Assembly: GCF_001194135.2 (NCBI RefSeq)
Contig: NC_068993.1
Coordinates: 35,232,383-35,265,904 of the forward strand
From: Octopus bimaculoides
Lineage: Eukaryota
DNA length: 33,522 nt
Direction: 5' to 3'
Part shown: positions 10,502 to 22,207 of the stretch, in pieces
Layout of the letters: each line of letters opens with the position of its first letter
Position numbering within the stretch: position 1 is the first letter of the stretch
Notes under the pieces: generated by a model
Seen by the model: only the letters and a program-made list of their open reading frames with translations
What the model was told of the DNA's origin: nothing
The model's database searches: none
Position numbers and translations under genes: made by a program

Positions 10502-10639
10502 CTGTAAAAATACAATATGAAAACTGAATTACTATCATAAAATAACACGGAATCACACAAGGAATTTTAGAAAAATAAAACAAACAAAACAGCATAATCG
10601 TGCCAAAAATTGTTACTCCAGCCGTGAGCTCATCGACTG

Positions 10640-10750
10640 CATTTTACGTTCTGAGTTCAAATCCTGCCGAGGTCAACTTCGCTTTTCATTCTTTGGGTAA
10701 AATAAAGCACCAATCAAATATTCAGTCGACACTATCAACTAAGCCTTCCC
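10640..10750 (+). mobile_element. tRNA-derived SINE (family A), decayed
   Basis: B-box-like ttacgttctgagttcaaatcctgccgaggtcaacttcgcttttcatt, shared with 24806-24970 (-), 17470-17625 and 18100-18262. Confidence 0.75.
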
Positions 10751-11270
10751 TTATTGCATTATTGCTTTTGATATATATACATTAATAAATTTATTTGTTA
10801 TACTTGCAAAACGAAGCATTTTGTTTTTATTTTTTTATTTTTTTATTTTTGTATTTTAATATGAAATGTAAAGTAACGTGTCTTAGAGAGATAACTGACA
10901 ATCTTTATTTTGCAAACTGAGACTAAAATTGCATGTTCATTGAAAAATGACATACTTTCTATTCATCTGTCTGTCACGATATATATATACGAGTGTGTGT
11001 GTATGTATGTGTGTGTGAGTGTGCGCGCGCGCGTCTCTATGTGTGTTTTGTGTGCGTATGTGTGTGTGTCTGGTAATACGGAACAATGAGGAGTGCTCAA
11101 CATCGTATTGGTGGACTAACATTCATTATTTGTCCGTTTACAAGTGTACCATTTTTTTCATACCGAAAGAAATCTCAATAATTATCAAGCCTTCGACGTG
11201 AGACTTTGATTTAATGCGGAGTAACAACACCCCATATATATATACGTACATGCATATATGTAAATGTATA

Positions 11271-11308
<38 letters not shown>

Positions 11309-11377
11309 NNNNNNNNNNNNNNNNNNNNNNNNNNNNNNNNNNNNNNNNNNNNNNNNNNNNNNNNNNNNNNNNNNNNN
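11309..11377. other. Assembly gap (N) between (TA)n and (GT)n
   Basis: Run of N. Confidence 0.99.
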
Positions 11378-11428
<51 letters not shown>

Positions 11429-11574
11429 TTTTCATTTTATTGTTTCAGTGAATGAACTTTGGGGCTTCTCCTTTTGAAGAAAAGAACCGACCCAATGCTT
11501 ACTTCTTAATAATCTAGTACTAGTTTTTCGGCTATTTAACAGAACCGCTAAATACCTAAACTCTAATTTAAGTA

Positions 11575-11776
11575 TATATGCACACACACACACACATATA
11601 TATGCATATGTATAGATATATATACATGCATGCGCCTATAAACATATATATATAGATAGATATATAGATATAGATATATATATATGAGTATGGACATATG
11701 AACGTGTGTATGTGTGTGTGTGGGTGTGCGTATGCCTGTGTGTGTGTGAGTGAGTATGTGTGTATCGTATCTATCC

Positions 11777-11826
<50 letters not shown>

Positions 11827-11850
11827 TATAGATAGATAGATAGATATAAT
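11575..11850. repeat. Compound microsatellite including (AGAT)n at ~11777-11845
   Basis: Direct inspection. Confidence 0.93.
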
Positions 11851-11994
11851 TAAGGTTTTCTTGTGTATGTGCAGATTATAACTCTACTGACTATTAATAA
11901 TTGTATTACTATATTTCTAAAGAGTCTATCATGGATTCCAGAGCGCAGGTAGCTTTGATGTTTAATAAAGTCTGTGAGAAATATTATAGTTCAC

Positions 11995-12540
11995 ATAAAA
12001 ATCAGCATTTACAAAGCGAGCATACTGACAAGCTTCTGAAACTACTCATAGTAAACATATAAAAATGCTTGAGACATTCCACAATTGATGCTTCAGAACA
12101 AGGAAAATGTGAGATCAGATCCTGAAAAACTTCAACGGATCTGGCTCTGTATCTACTGAGTCCTATCTAGTACAAAATCAAATACGATGGGCAGGACATC
12201 TTCTATGCATATCACATGTATGTCCGTCGAAGCAGATATTTTATGGGATATTACGATTTGGAGAGCGACCATAACATACGCCAAAGAAACGGTACATGAC
12301 AGCTTAGTAAAACTGCAAATGGCTGTTCAATTCAAGGAAGAGAAAGCTACTGAAAAAATAGATTGAGAACTCTGGTGAAGGAAGATATTGCCAGCGTTGA
12401 GTCTTGGTTTGAAAAGGGACATAAAAGTGCATAAGATAACTAAACCAGAAACAAGTTATAAACCCCATTGTAATTTTGAACCTTATCTGCTACAAATGCT
12501 CAAAGTATTGTAGGTCTTAAAAGTCATCTTAGAATATATA
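11995..12540 (+). mobile_element. RTE-clade (BovB-like) LINE, 5'-truncated 3' end, decayed
   Basis: Translates as KISIYKASILTS..ASET..SKHIKMLETFH...NQIRWAGHL....SKQIFYG.L.FGER...PKKRY, with a terminal C..C...GLKSHLR zinc-knuckle-like tail. Stops and frameshifts present. Confidence 0.85.
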
Positions 12541-12899
12541 GATCTAATGGCGATTATCTCGAGATGATCTAGATTGATTGAGGTGACTATTATCTATTAC
12601 ATACAAGCATACATACATACATACATACATACATACATACATACATACATACACACATACATATATATATACATACAGACAGACAGACAGACATAATCGG
12701 TGATATTTATGTGAGCAGATGCACACATTTGGATGTATGCAGCGACAATTCAACGAACGCATCAACTCAACCACATATTTACAACCGCCGCGAAATCTCT
12801 TAACTCATAAAGACTTTTTGCATTGTTAGCGATTCTCAACTTAAATAAAACTCAAATAAAAACCATATATAGTTACATACACACACACACACACGTTTA

Positions 12900-13176
12900 T
12901 GCATTTGTATTGCAAGAATCCTGCTGTTTCGGGATAGTCATTTTTTTTTGCCTAAATAAACACGTGCACTATATATTTGTTCTTCACTCGTTAATTACTG
13001 TTCTGCAAGAACACACACGAAGACGAAAGGTGTCGCTGAAGAGGTCGCAGATGTGTGACGAAAGATTTCTGGATGATGGACTTGAGTTAGAATAAGAACA
13101 TAAATAAACGAGTGAAGAAAAAATATGCAGTGCGTGTGTTCATTTGGCAAAAAAATGACCATCACGAAATACAACA
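12900..13176. mobile_element. Short foldback element with ~77-bp inverted arms and a hammerhead-like core
   Basis: 12927-13004 is an imperfect reverse complement of 13095-13169, including a perfect 13-bp pair ttcttcactcgtt/aacgagtgaagaa. The spacer carries CTGAAGA-G-GTCGCA(gatg)TGTGAC-GAAA-GATTT-C at 13036-13069 (+). Confidence 0.7.
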
Positions 13177-13179
13177 CTA

Positions 13180-13349
<170 letters not shown>

Positions 13350-14494
13350 CACAGACTTGCACCTATACATATATAGTTATGTAAGTATGTCTGAACATCT
13401 GTAAACATATCATCGTATCTTTATGAAGCATCTTATATTTAGATATTAAGTGAAAGCTTGAAGGTTTTTTTTTATCATAAATTACATAATATTGTTAATA
13501 GCGTAATATTAAAAATGATTCTGAAGTTTTAATCAAGCAGAAACATATTAAACATATATTTGAGAGCCAGCCGAAGAGGTTGCCTGAAGTAGTTATTAGT
13601 GAAATCAAACAAATGTTGTCAAACATGTGGGATATCAGCTGAACACCGGAGATGATAAAGACGTACATTAATAATAAAACGGTATATCAAAAATATAGGA
13701 TTTCAGAAACTGTAACGATTAAAGTATCTGATATAGGGATTTTCAGAAAATGCTGAACGTTATATGTTGATAACATCAGCGAAAACCTAATTGATAGACG
13801 AAATAAAACTGCCAGGTTTTGCGATTGTGAAATTGAATTAGATGTCTAAATTGCTACATAAACATAAAAGCAGCTAGTGTTGTAAGGCGATTGAGATACA
13901 TAACCATTAGTTAAGTCATCGACAGAAGTGCAATGTGGATTTTGATTTTCATTAAGTTGGATCCATAACGTTCAATAATTAAAGCTTGGTATTTATCGAA
14001 ATTCTTTCCTTCGGTCATCTCAGTCGGCAGTTTAAGACCAATGGATTGAACCCTAAGCATTACTCTTCTTCTGTAAACAAAACAAGACGAAGGATTACAC
14101 TCTGATGCAAGACTAAGTTTTAATCAACGCTTAGATACTTAAATGCTTTATGTACCGGCTGAATAATAAAAGCCACAATGAATTTACAAACATAACAAAC
14201 GTAAAATCTCCAAAGACACCTACTTATGGACTCTATTTATTACTTTTATTCTGTTTTCATCAGATTTCTCTAATACATTAGTCATCTCTTCAAGCCTTTA
14301 GGAAAATTTGACAATGAAACAATACACAAATTTTTGGCTCGTAGATTATATGATATACTTGAGACCTCAATTTAGGGTCTGTTTGGAAACGTTAACATTT
14401 TATATATTTGTTATTAGAAAAGTTACTGAATAATTACTTCTATAATTTCAATAAATCAGAATCCGTTATGTCATCTAAGGTGGTGGTGAAATAA

Positions 14495-15070
14495 ATATCG
14501 GGTATAAATCGAACCTCAAAATGGGATAACAGCAAGACTCAGTTTGGCCTCTGCTACCATGGCGAATCTGAATACCATATAGAAAAGCAACTCCACTAGT
14601 TTTACAACGATACTCAATGTATACAAGTCCTTGATGACTTCAATTCTTACGTATAGTGTGAGAGGTGGACTCTTACAGCTGACATGTAACGAAGAAACCA
14701 GGCGTATGAGTACAAGTGATTCACAAGGCTGCTACTCATCCCGTACGTAGAAAACAAAGCGTACAGCTTTGTCAGGCAGCAAGTCAACAAATACGCTCGC
14801 AGACAGGAACTGATCGTTTCACAGGCAAAAAATGAAAGCTTGCCTAGTACGGTCATGTATCTCGTCACAACTTCCAGTCCAAAATCATTCTTCAGGGCAG
14901 AGTTGAGTGAGGGCAAAGGAGAGCTATATAGAAAATCCAGGTCTGACATTAAGGACTGGACAAGTCACAACCCCGCGACACTGCTAGGCATGGCAGTGAA
15001 CATTACCAGTGGCGACGGCTGACTGCTATAGTGTCAAGTTTGGCAACGACTGACTGCACGAGTTAAAGGA
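14495..15070 (+). mobile_element. RTE-clade LINE 3' end, decayed
   Basis: Translates as ITARLSLASATMANLNTI*KSNS...YKSLMTSILTYSCERWTLTAD...RRLL.IPY.E....FVRQQV...KL.*YGHVSRH...KIILQGRVE.G.RR...DIKDWT. Multiple stops and frameshifts. Confidence 0.88.
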
Positions 15071-15204
15071 ACTTAATGATGGTGATAAAACAATGAGGAG
15101 GGGAAACTTAATGATGGTGATAAAACAATGAGGAGGGGAAACTTAATGATGGTGATAAAACAATGAGGAGGGGAAACTTAATGATGGTGATAAAACAATG
15201 AGGA
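15071..15204. repeat. Tandem array of a 35-bp unit: three complete copies plus a 29-bp partial
   Basis: acttaatgatggtgataaaacaatgaggaggggaa starts at 15071, 15106, 15141 and 15176. The copies are identical over their shared length. Confidence 0.97.
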
Positions 15205-15269
15205 AAGGGGAGGTATTGGCGGCCACTCAAAATGTAATTTAAATCTCCCTCATATTACATACTTTCATC

Positions 15270-15540
15270 TCGAAAGAATGGTGGGAATATTAGATAATAT
15301 AGTCCGAGTCGCGATATTCCCGAGGATGTTAATGGCGTGAAGGGATTTGCTGACTGATCTGCTTAATTTATGGATGATCTTGGATCCAAACAGCAAAAAC
15401 ATCAACATCACGTGATTATAAAAATATAATAAAGAGTTTTCGATGCTCACGAGCTATCAGAATGTTTAGAAAGATCCTATTTTAAAGTATGTCGAACAAA
15501 GTATGTAAATTATAGAAGATATTACGATTCGCTATTTCTT
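15270..15540 (+). pseudogene. Possible, highly decayed reverse transcriptase remnant (LTR/Gypsy-like)
   Basis: Stitching frames gives ERMVGILDNI...DIPEDVNGVKGFAD/DLL/IYG...KHQHHV, a YADD-like motif. Needs at least two frameshifts; weak. Confidence 0.25.
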
Positions 15541-16599
15541 TGGGAATAGAAATATTAATAAAGGATCATTTGAATGCTTCACGAATGAAGGAGACGAAAA
15601 ATGAAGAAGCTTAATAATCGACAGTGTTTCAGTAGGCTGGTTCCAACAAATACATTGTAGTAGACTGACGTATTATGGAATGACTACCTATTTCCATATC
15701 TTTTACTGTATAATTGAATAACACTTTTATTCTTATGGTGATTAGAATAGTTCTGAGCAAAAATGTCGATAATTTCAATATAAAAAAAAACCCAGTTAAC
15801 GATGAAAGACATCAGCTGCATCCAGTTTCATAAACGTCTTTCTAATATAACGCCAGCACAGCTTAAAATGTCTTATTCAGTCTAAGTGCATTGATCGAAC
15901 GTCTGGTCAATAAAAAATTCATATAAAATTTATTGTAATACACACTATGCACACTGTTTCAAATGAATGACTAGTTATTTCCTCGTTGTAGGGAATGTCA
16001 TAAATGTTTAATCATTCTTTGTAATGCAAGTGGCACTTTTGAAAATAATAGATATAATTGTTTGTCGTAAAGTACAAGAAAGACAAAAAGTAATAATACT
16101 ATAAAAACAAAAATAGCTTCAAAGCGTTTTAAGTGAGCTCAATGAGGAACGAACGCTTTGTGAATATTAATGAATGCTGAAAGAAACAATGTTCCCAGTA
16201 GCTCGTCATTATTATAGAAGATCAGAATAAGAATTTAAAAAAAGACGCCTGAAATGGTTCGATAAATAATTAACCATACACAAAATAATATATAATAGAA
16301 TCAACTATAATAAGCCTCTATATATGAGTAGAATAGCTATCCTATAATATTTCGATTCATTCGGTTCTATTTGTCAGTCAGCTTTTAGGGTCCAATAAAA
16401 TTATTTTTTTAAATTTCATAGCTGTTACTAATCACAATCATGTACGATTTGGTAATATGTACATTCCGTCTGGTAATAGTTTTTTTTAGCCTATATATTT
16501 AGGGGTAGATATAAAAAGCCTCTCGTTTAATCCACTTTTTGGCCTAGTAACACATCCAGTATGTGAGACCTGGCGGAAAAGAGAGAGCTATTCTAACTC

Positions 16600-16750
16600 T
16601 TGGCTTGGACACATTTTCAGATAAGTAACTACAAAGCAACGTGAAATAAAGTGATTTGCTCAAAGATACAACGCGCTACCCTGTCCAGCAATCTAACCCA
16701 TAACACAATGATCATTATTTTAACACTCTAACCACGAGGCAAAAAGCCTT
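16600..16750 (-). mobile_element. tRNA-derived SINE 5' part (family C), decayed
   Basis: gtgaaataaagtgatttgctcaaagatacaacgcg...ctctaaccac parallels 24050-24193 (aaatgaagagctttgctcaagaacacaacac...actaaccgc). Confidence 0.6.
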
Positions 16751-16928
16751 CATAATATTTTAAATATTTACCAAAACATATTTGATCGATTTAATGCAAC
16801 GCAACATTTCGCTATCAAACGTGTTTTTGTTGAAAGTGGAATTAATAGAATAAAGAAAATCCAATAATTGATAAGAGTATTATTGAAATAAAAGAAAAAA
16901 TTCTGAGAAGAGCATCACTAAATTTTAT

Positions 16929-16959
<31 letters not shown>

Positions 16960-17469
16960 TATAGGTATGTGTATGTATACAAACGCATGGGTGTACGCAT
17001 GTATGTACCTACGAATGTTTATTTCATAAAGTATAATATATCGTTGTTGCGTGGGCTAGGTTATCCTTTGACAGACCTCTAATATTAAATAAAGTGTTAA
17101 ACACTTATAGTATAGAAATTAGTGATTTCAAGTTTCTGGAGCTAGTACATTTTTATGTGTATTTAAACAGACTGACTGCTTGTTCCTCTGGGATTTTTTG
17201 AACCCCAACAAGGGTCAAAAATCTATTAAAGCTATTCATTTCGCCAAAGTACGGAGAAATAGCAATTTTTGCCATGTTTCTATGTCTACAATGTAGACAT
17301 AGGTTTTAATAAAACAAGGAACATATAGAAACACGTAGTGAGTAATGTCGAAATAGACGCGAGGCTTTTACATGAGGTAGAATATTCTTGAGTGATGAAA
17401 GGCATGTGATGAAAAGAGAAATCAATATTTTGTTTGAATTAGCAACAGTTAAGTAGAATAAGTAGAATG

Positions 17470-17625
17470 ATGGTTACAATGTCTTGCTGTATTTGGGTAT
17501 AGTCATTTGCCGAATGAGTTCGAATCCTGGCGCGATCATTTTTGAATTTCGTCATTCTAATACCGTTAAAATAAAGTACCACTTAAGTGATGGGATCGCT
17601 TTAATCGAATACACGCTCCTGCAAA
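17470..17625 (+). mobile_element. SINE family A, heavily decayed
   Basis: tgagttcgaatcctggcg...aaataaagtaccac...gggatcgctttaatcga, colinear with 10640-10750. Confidence 0.5.
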
Positions 17626-18099
17626 AAGTGTCTTTGCTCCAATGTTTTGAAATCAGTATTTTGTTTGAAGTTATTGATGTTTTTGCCAACGTTGATTCCA
17701 TTCGAAATGAAGAAATTTTTTATGACAATAACAATAACTCTCTTGATTACAAATAGTATAAATGAAATATGAATTTTCACCACAAAAACGAGAAATAGCT
17801 TTATTATGGCCCATTAAAACATAAATATATGACTAATGGTGGAAATATTACTAAGGTTCTTGAAAATATACAAAACTACCTCTGCAATTATAGAAGACAT
17901 AAAATAAATGAAACCTTGGAACATTACGTTTAAAACAATATATATATATATATATATATATAAATATATATATATACATATATATATATACATACATACA
18001 TATATATTCTTTTATTCTTTCATTCATTTCAGCCGGGCAGCTACATATATTATTCCTTTCTTTATCAAGGTATACGGTTAAGTACTGAAGGGCACTGAT

Positions 18100-18262
18100 T
18101 GAATGGTGATCTGTCTCTTTGTGTTCAGGCTATTTGCATTCCGAGTATAAATCCCACCACACTCAACCTTTCTTTCATCCTCTCAAGATTTCGTAGAACA
18201 CCGTACCAGTCATTTACTAAAGTTGGTTTATCGGCGAAACCCATCCCCAAAACACTGGCATT
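18100..18262 (+). mobile_element. SINE family A, heavily decayed
   Basis: ttccgagtataaatcccacc..ctcaacctttctttcatcctc...gtaccagt...ccccaaaa, colinear with the other family A copies. Confidence 0.5.
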
Positions 18263-19520
18263 ATGCCTATGGTAGAAAATGTAATTTTTGTTATTTTCGT
18301 TTATTTTGTGATTTGACCTGTTCGTGTTCTACACACAAACATTTTACAACCGCGATTATCTCATCGCTTTTCTTTATTAAAATAAACCATGTAGGTTGTA
18401 ATTTAAGAGCGACTTGGTTACTTTGGTAGTAGCACCACTCTATAGATGTTATTTCGTTGGTTCGAAACGATATTGAAGGGCTGAGTTGTGTTATTGGTAA
18501 ATAAATTGTCCATCTCGAAGGATGAAGACGAAATAAAATAAAAACTCTTTAACGATATTTCAGTTAGGAACTTAGACATTTCAACATTAAATACTTCTAA
18601 TTTTATTTTGTCAGGAGCTCTCCTATCTTGTATATCTGCATCATTCTTAAATTAACCATGATATTGAATGATCAAAAAAGAACTATTACGAATTCTAGTT
18701 TACTCAACTGCAGTAATAATATAGAGAAACATCTGCAATGCTATAAAAAAAGTATCAGGAACGTTAAAAAGAGAAAACCAGTTAAGATAACTCAATTACG
18801 TTCACATTGATTGGTAGGTCCTAAATATAACTACAAGATATTCAATGTTTCTCTTAACATAGCATCCGTCGACTAAAAATAGAACTTTCAAAACCAATTA
18901 CGTCATTAATTAACGGAATATATGCATACCTGTACGCTAGCGTGTGTGTGTGTGTATCATATGTATATGGTGTATATACACACATACATATGTATGTGTA
19001 TGTATATGTATATATACGTACACGTACATATATATGTGTATATATGTATATATACATGCATGCTCACACGTATCTTAATATATATGTATGTATATATATA
19101 TATGTATATATATATGTATATATATATATATGCATATATACATGTAAATATGTTTATGTATATATATATGCATATGTATGTATGTATGTATGTATGCATG
19201 CATGTATATAACATCATTATCCGAAAAATATCCATATGATAATTATTTCGAATAAAACATTTCAAATACAAGAGGAACTAAGCAACAAGACATTTTCCTA
19301 ACACCACCATCACAACAACGAAAATAATATAATAACAAGATGCACACTGCTGCCCAACTAATCATAATATTGGAACTAACGAAGAAGCCTCTATGAAAAT
19401 GATCTTCATGCTGTAACGGTTGGCTGGAATATCTTTGAGGCTAGGTTCACTTGATCAAGACAGCCACAGGGATAAACTACAGCCACTACCACCACTATTT
19501 TTAGGCGTTTCTATCTGCAA

Positions 19521-19669
19521 GTGCAGGCGTGGTTGCGTGGCAAGAAGCTTGCTCGCCAACCACAAGGTTCCGGGTTCAGTCACACTGCATGGCACCTTGA
19601 GCAAGTGTCTTCCATTATAACTTCGGGCCGACCAAGGTCTCTGAGGCGGAAACTGAAAGAAGCACGTCG

Positions 19670-19723
<54 letters not shown>

Positions 19724-19922
19724 TGTGTGTATGTGTGTGTGTGCGCGCGCGCGTCTTTGTGTCGCTGTTTGTCCTCTATCACCGCTTGACAACCGGTGTT
19801 GATGTGTTTACGTCCCCATAATATAGCGGTTCGGCAAAAGAAAATAAGTCCTGGGGTCAATTTCTTCGACTAAAACCGTTTAAGGCGGTGCTCCAGTCAA
19901 ATGACCAAAACAAATAAAAGAG
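19521..19922 (+). mobile_element. tRNA-derived SINE (family B), full length, with an internal (TA)n(TG)n tract
   Basis: Head gcaggcgtggttgcgtggcaagaagcttgc...ggttccgggttcagtc; body ggcaccttgagcaagtgtc...ggaaactgaaagaagc; tail ttgacaaccg...gcggttcggcaaaag...gtcctggggtc...aaggcggtgctccag. Colinear with 24203-24519 and the reverse complement of 32861-33125. Confidence 0.9.
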
Positions 19923-21476
19923 TGTATCAATCATATTTTTCATGTGAGATAATAAATATAATCAACCAATGAAATATTTAGTTATATTTATAAACTGATC
20001 ATCACCAATGTTTACATTACCTCCTGACCCTTTGTAAAGAGGGTACCGTTACGAGATCACAGAACATTTAGTATTAGCAACCAATTCTCCTTGAAGTGTC
20101 GTTTTTGTTGTCGTAAAAAATCAAAGAACCTATCATATAGCGTAGAGTTTGATTCACAGTTAGAGGTCTACTCCGTCATAACTCTATCAATGGTAACTTG
20201 AGGAAAATAGGAAGAACAGTAACGGAGATTACAATGCATATAATTTCACAAGTTTCTTCTCTAATATTGTGATGTAACATGGGGTATGAAGGGTGTACGG
20301 ACCACAAAGAACGTCCATTTTATGTAAACGCTTTGTTGTAGTCGAAGTTATGTTTTTCAAGAAGAGGAGTTCAGATTGTCCTCCACAAAGGATGGCCCTG
20401 CACCACGCTATATCACTGCTCCAATAACAATCCTCACAGCTGCTCCTGAATCCTCCCAAAATAAATTACTTATTTTTTTATATATACATTTTTTTATATA
20501 ATAATAATGGTAAAATACTTCGCACAAATAATTATATATTTTAAAGCAAAATATAATATTTCCTCAAATACATTGTCAACCTCAATGATCTCAAATAGAT
20601 TGTCAACCTCTTACTTTTTATACCTAAAATTCTCAGTAGCATTCTTATTCACACGATAGTATAATGATAAGTTTTCCTCCCTTTTTAACATGATGGATTG
20701 TATGAAATTTCTCGTGTTATACACCAGTCTCAATTCGAAACTTCACATCCTTAATATGCGAAACACAAGTTGTAAAGTAGATTTCTTTTAGAAGTATTAC
20801 ATTATCTAAATGTTTTAAACGTAAACTAGTGTAAATATCTCAAATAGTTTTGTACCTAGACTGGTGTTGCTATGTGGTCACTGTATTTGCAACATTAACT
20901 ACCAAACAATCTTTCTACATTTGTGAGCAAGGAAGGATGCCTAAGGTAATGTAGTATTAGATACTCATAAGAAAATACGATTATTTTGTTTGCCATAACT
21001 TCCAACTTAGGTATACTCAACCTGAATTAACGTGCAGACAAATATCGACAAAAACTTCATGCGCTGAAGTACTGAACAAAATCATCAAAATCTCTCACAT
21101 CACACTACTCTGTATAATTAATGATTTCTATTTATATTCCTGACGTCCATCCTCCTACGACATACCTTCATGTCTCCTTCATAATTACGTAATTCCCAAT
21201 AGCTCCAATGGAAGGCTATACGGTGCAAATCTTGTGTACAACTTCATTAAATATAATTATATTTTAATTGTCACAAGTTAATCCTGTAATTCATCTAGTT
21301 CCTTTTTTTTTCATTAAATTCTTTCTATTACAAATATATAACTTTTTCTTTTCTCGATTTCTCACCCGAGAAAAAATACTGCGAGAAAAGACTTTTTTCA
21401 AATATGTTCACATTAATTATCTAAATTACTCCTTTTAAATTCTAGAAACACCTAGAAGAAAGTAAAATTCTTCTCT

Positions 21477-21523
<47 letters not shown>

Positions 21524-22167
21524 NNNNNNNNNNNNNNNNNNNNNNNNNNNNNNNNNNNNNNNNNNNNNNNNNNNNNNNNNNNNNNNNNNNNNNNNNNNNN
21601 NNNNNNNNNNNNNNNNNNNNNNNNNNNNNNNNNNNNNNNNNNNNNNNNNNNNNNNNNNNNNNNNNNNNNNNNNNNNNNNNNNNNNNNNNNNNNNNNNNNN
21701 NNNNNNNNNNNNNNNNNNNNNNNNNNNNNNNNNNNNNNNNNNNNNNNNNNNNNNNNNNNNNNNNNNNNNNNNNNNNNNNNNNNNNNNNNNNNNNNNNNNN
21801 NNNNNNNNNNNNNNNNNNNNNNNNNNNNNNNNNNNNNNNNNNNNNNNNNNNNNNNNNNNNNNNNNNNNNNNNNNNNNNNNNNNNNNNNNNNNNNNNNNNN
21901 NNNNNNNNNNNNNNNNNNNNNNNNNNNNNNNNNNNNNNNNNNNNNNNNNNNNNNNNNNNNNNNNNNNNNNNNNNNNNNNNNNNNNNNNNNNNNNNNNNNN
22001 NNNNNNNNNNNNNNNNNNNNNNNNNNNNNNNNNNNNNNNNNNNNNNNNNNNNNNNNNNNNNNNNNNNNNNNNNNNNNNNNNNNNNNNNNNNNNNNNNNNN
22101 NNNNNNNNNNNNNNNNNNNNNNNNNNNNNNNNNNNNNNNNNNNNNNNNNNNNNNNNNNNNNNNNNNN
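21524..22167. other. Assembly gap (N) between (CT)n (21481-21523) and (TA)n
   Basis: Run of N. Confidence 0.99.

Positions 22168-22203
<36 letters not shown>

Positions 22204-22207
<4 letters not shown>

Noticed and set aside
9397-10560. Full 387-aa ORF as a single-exon gene
   Set aside because: The ends (MCDSVLFYDSNSVFILYFY and VSNSLSLS...) are intronic read-through beyond clear splice sites, and the protein lacks a signal peptide, S2 and M4.
15071-15204. CRISPR-like 35-bp repeats
   Set aside because: Head-to-tail with no spacers, eukaryotic context, no cas genes.
16120-16160. 9-bp inverted repeat CAAAGCGTT/AACGCTTTG
   Set aside because: Isolated short stem with no ribozyme core or element context.
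20229-20459. GC-richer minus-strand ORF as a possible receptor ATD exon or Tc1 fragment
   Set aside because: No recognisable iGluR or convincing DDE motif, and no paired splice sites.
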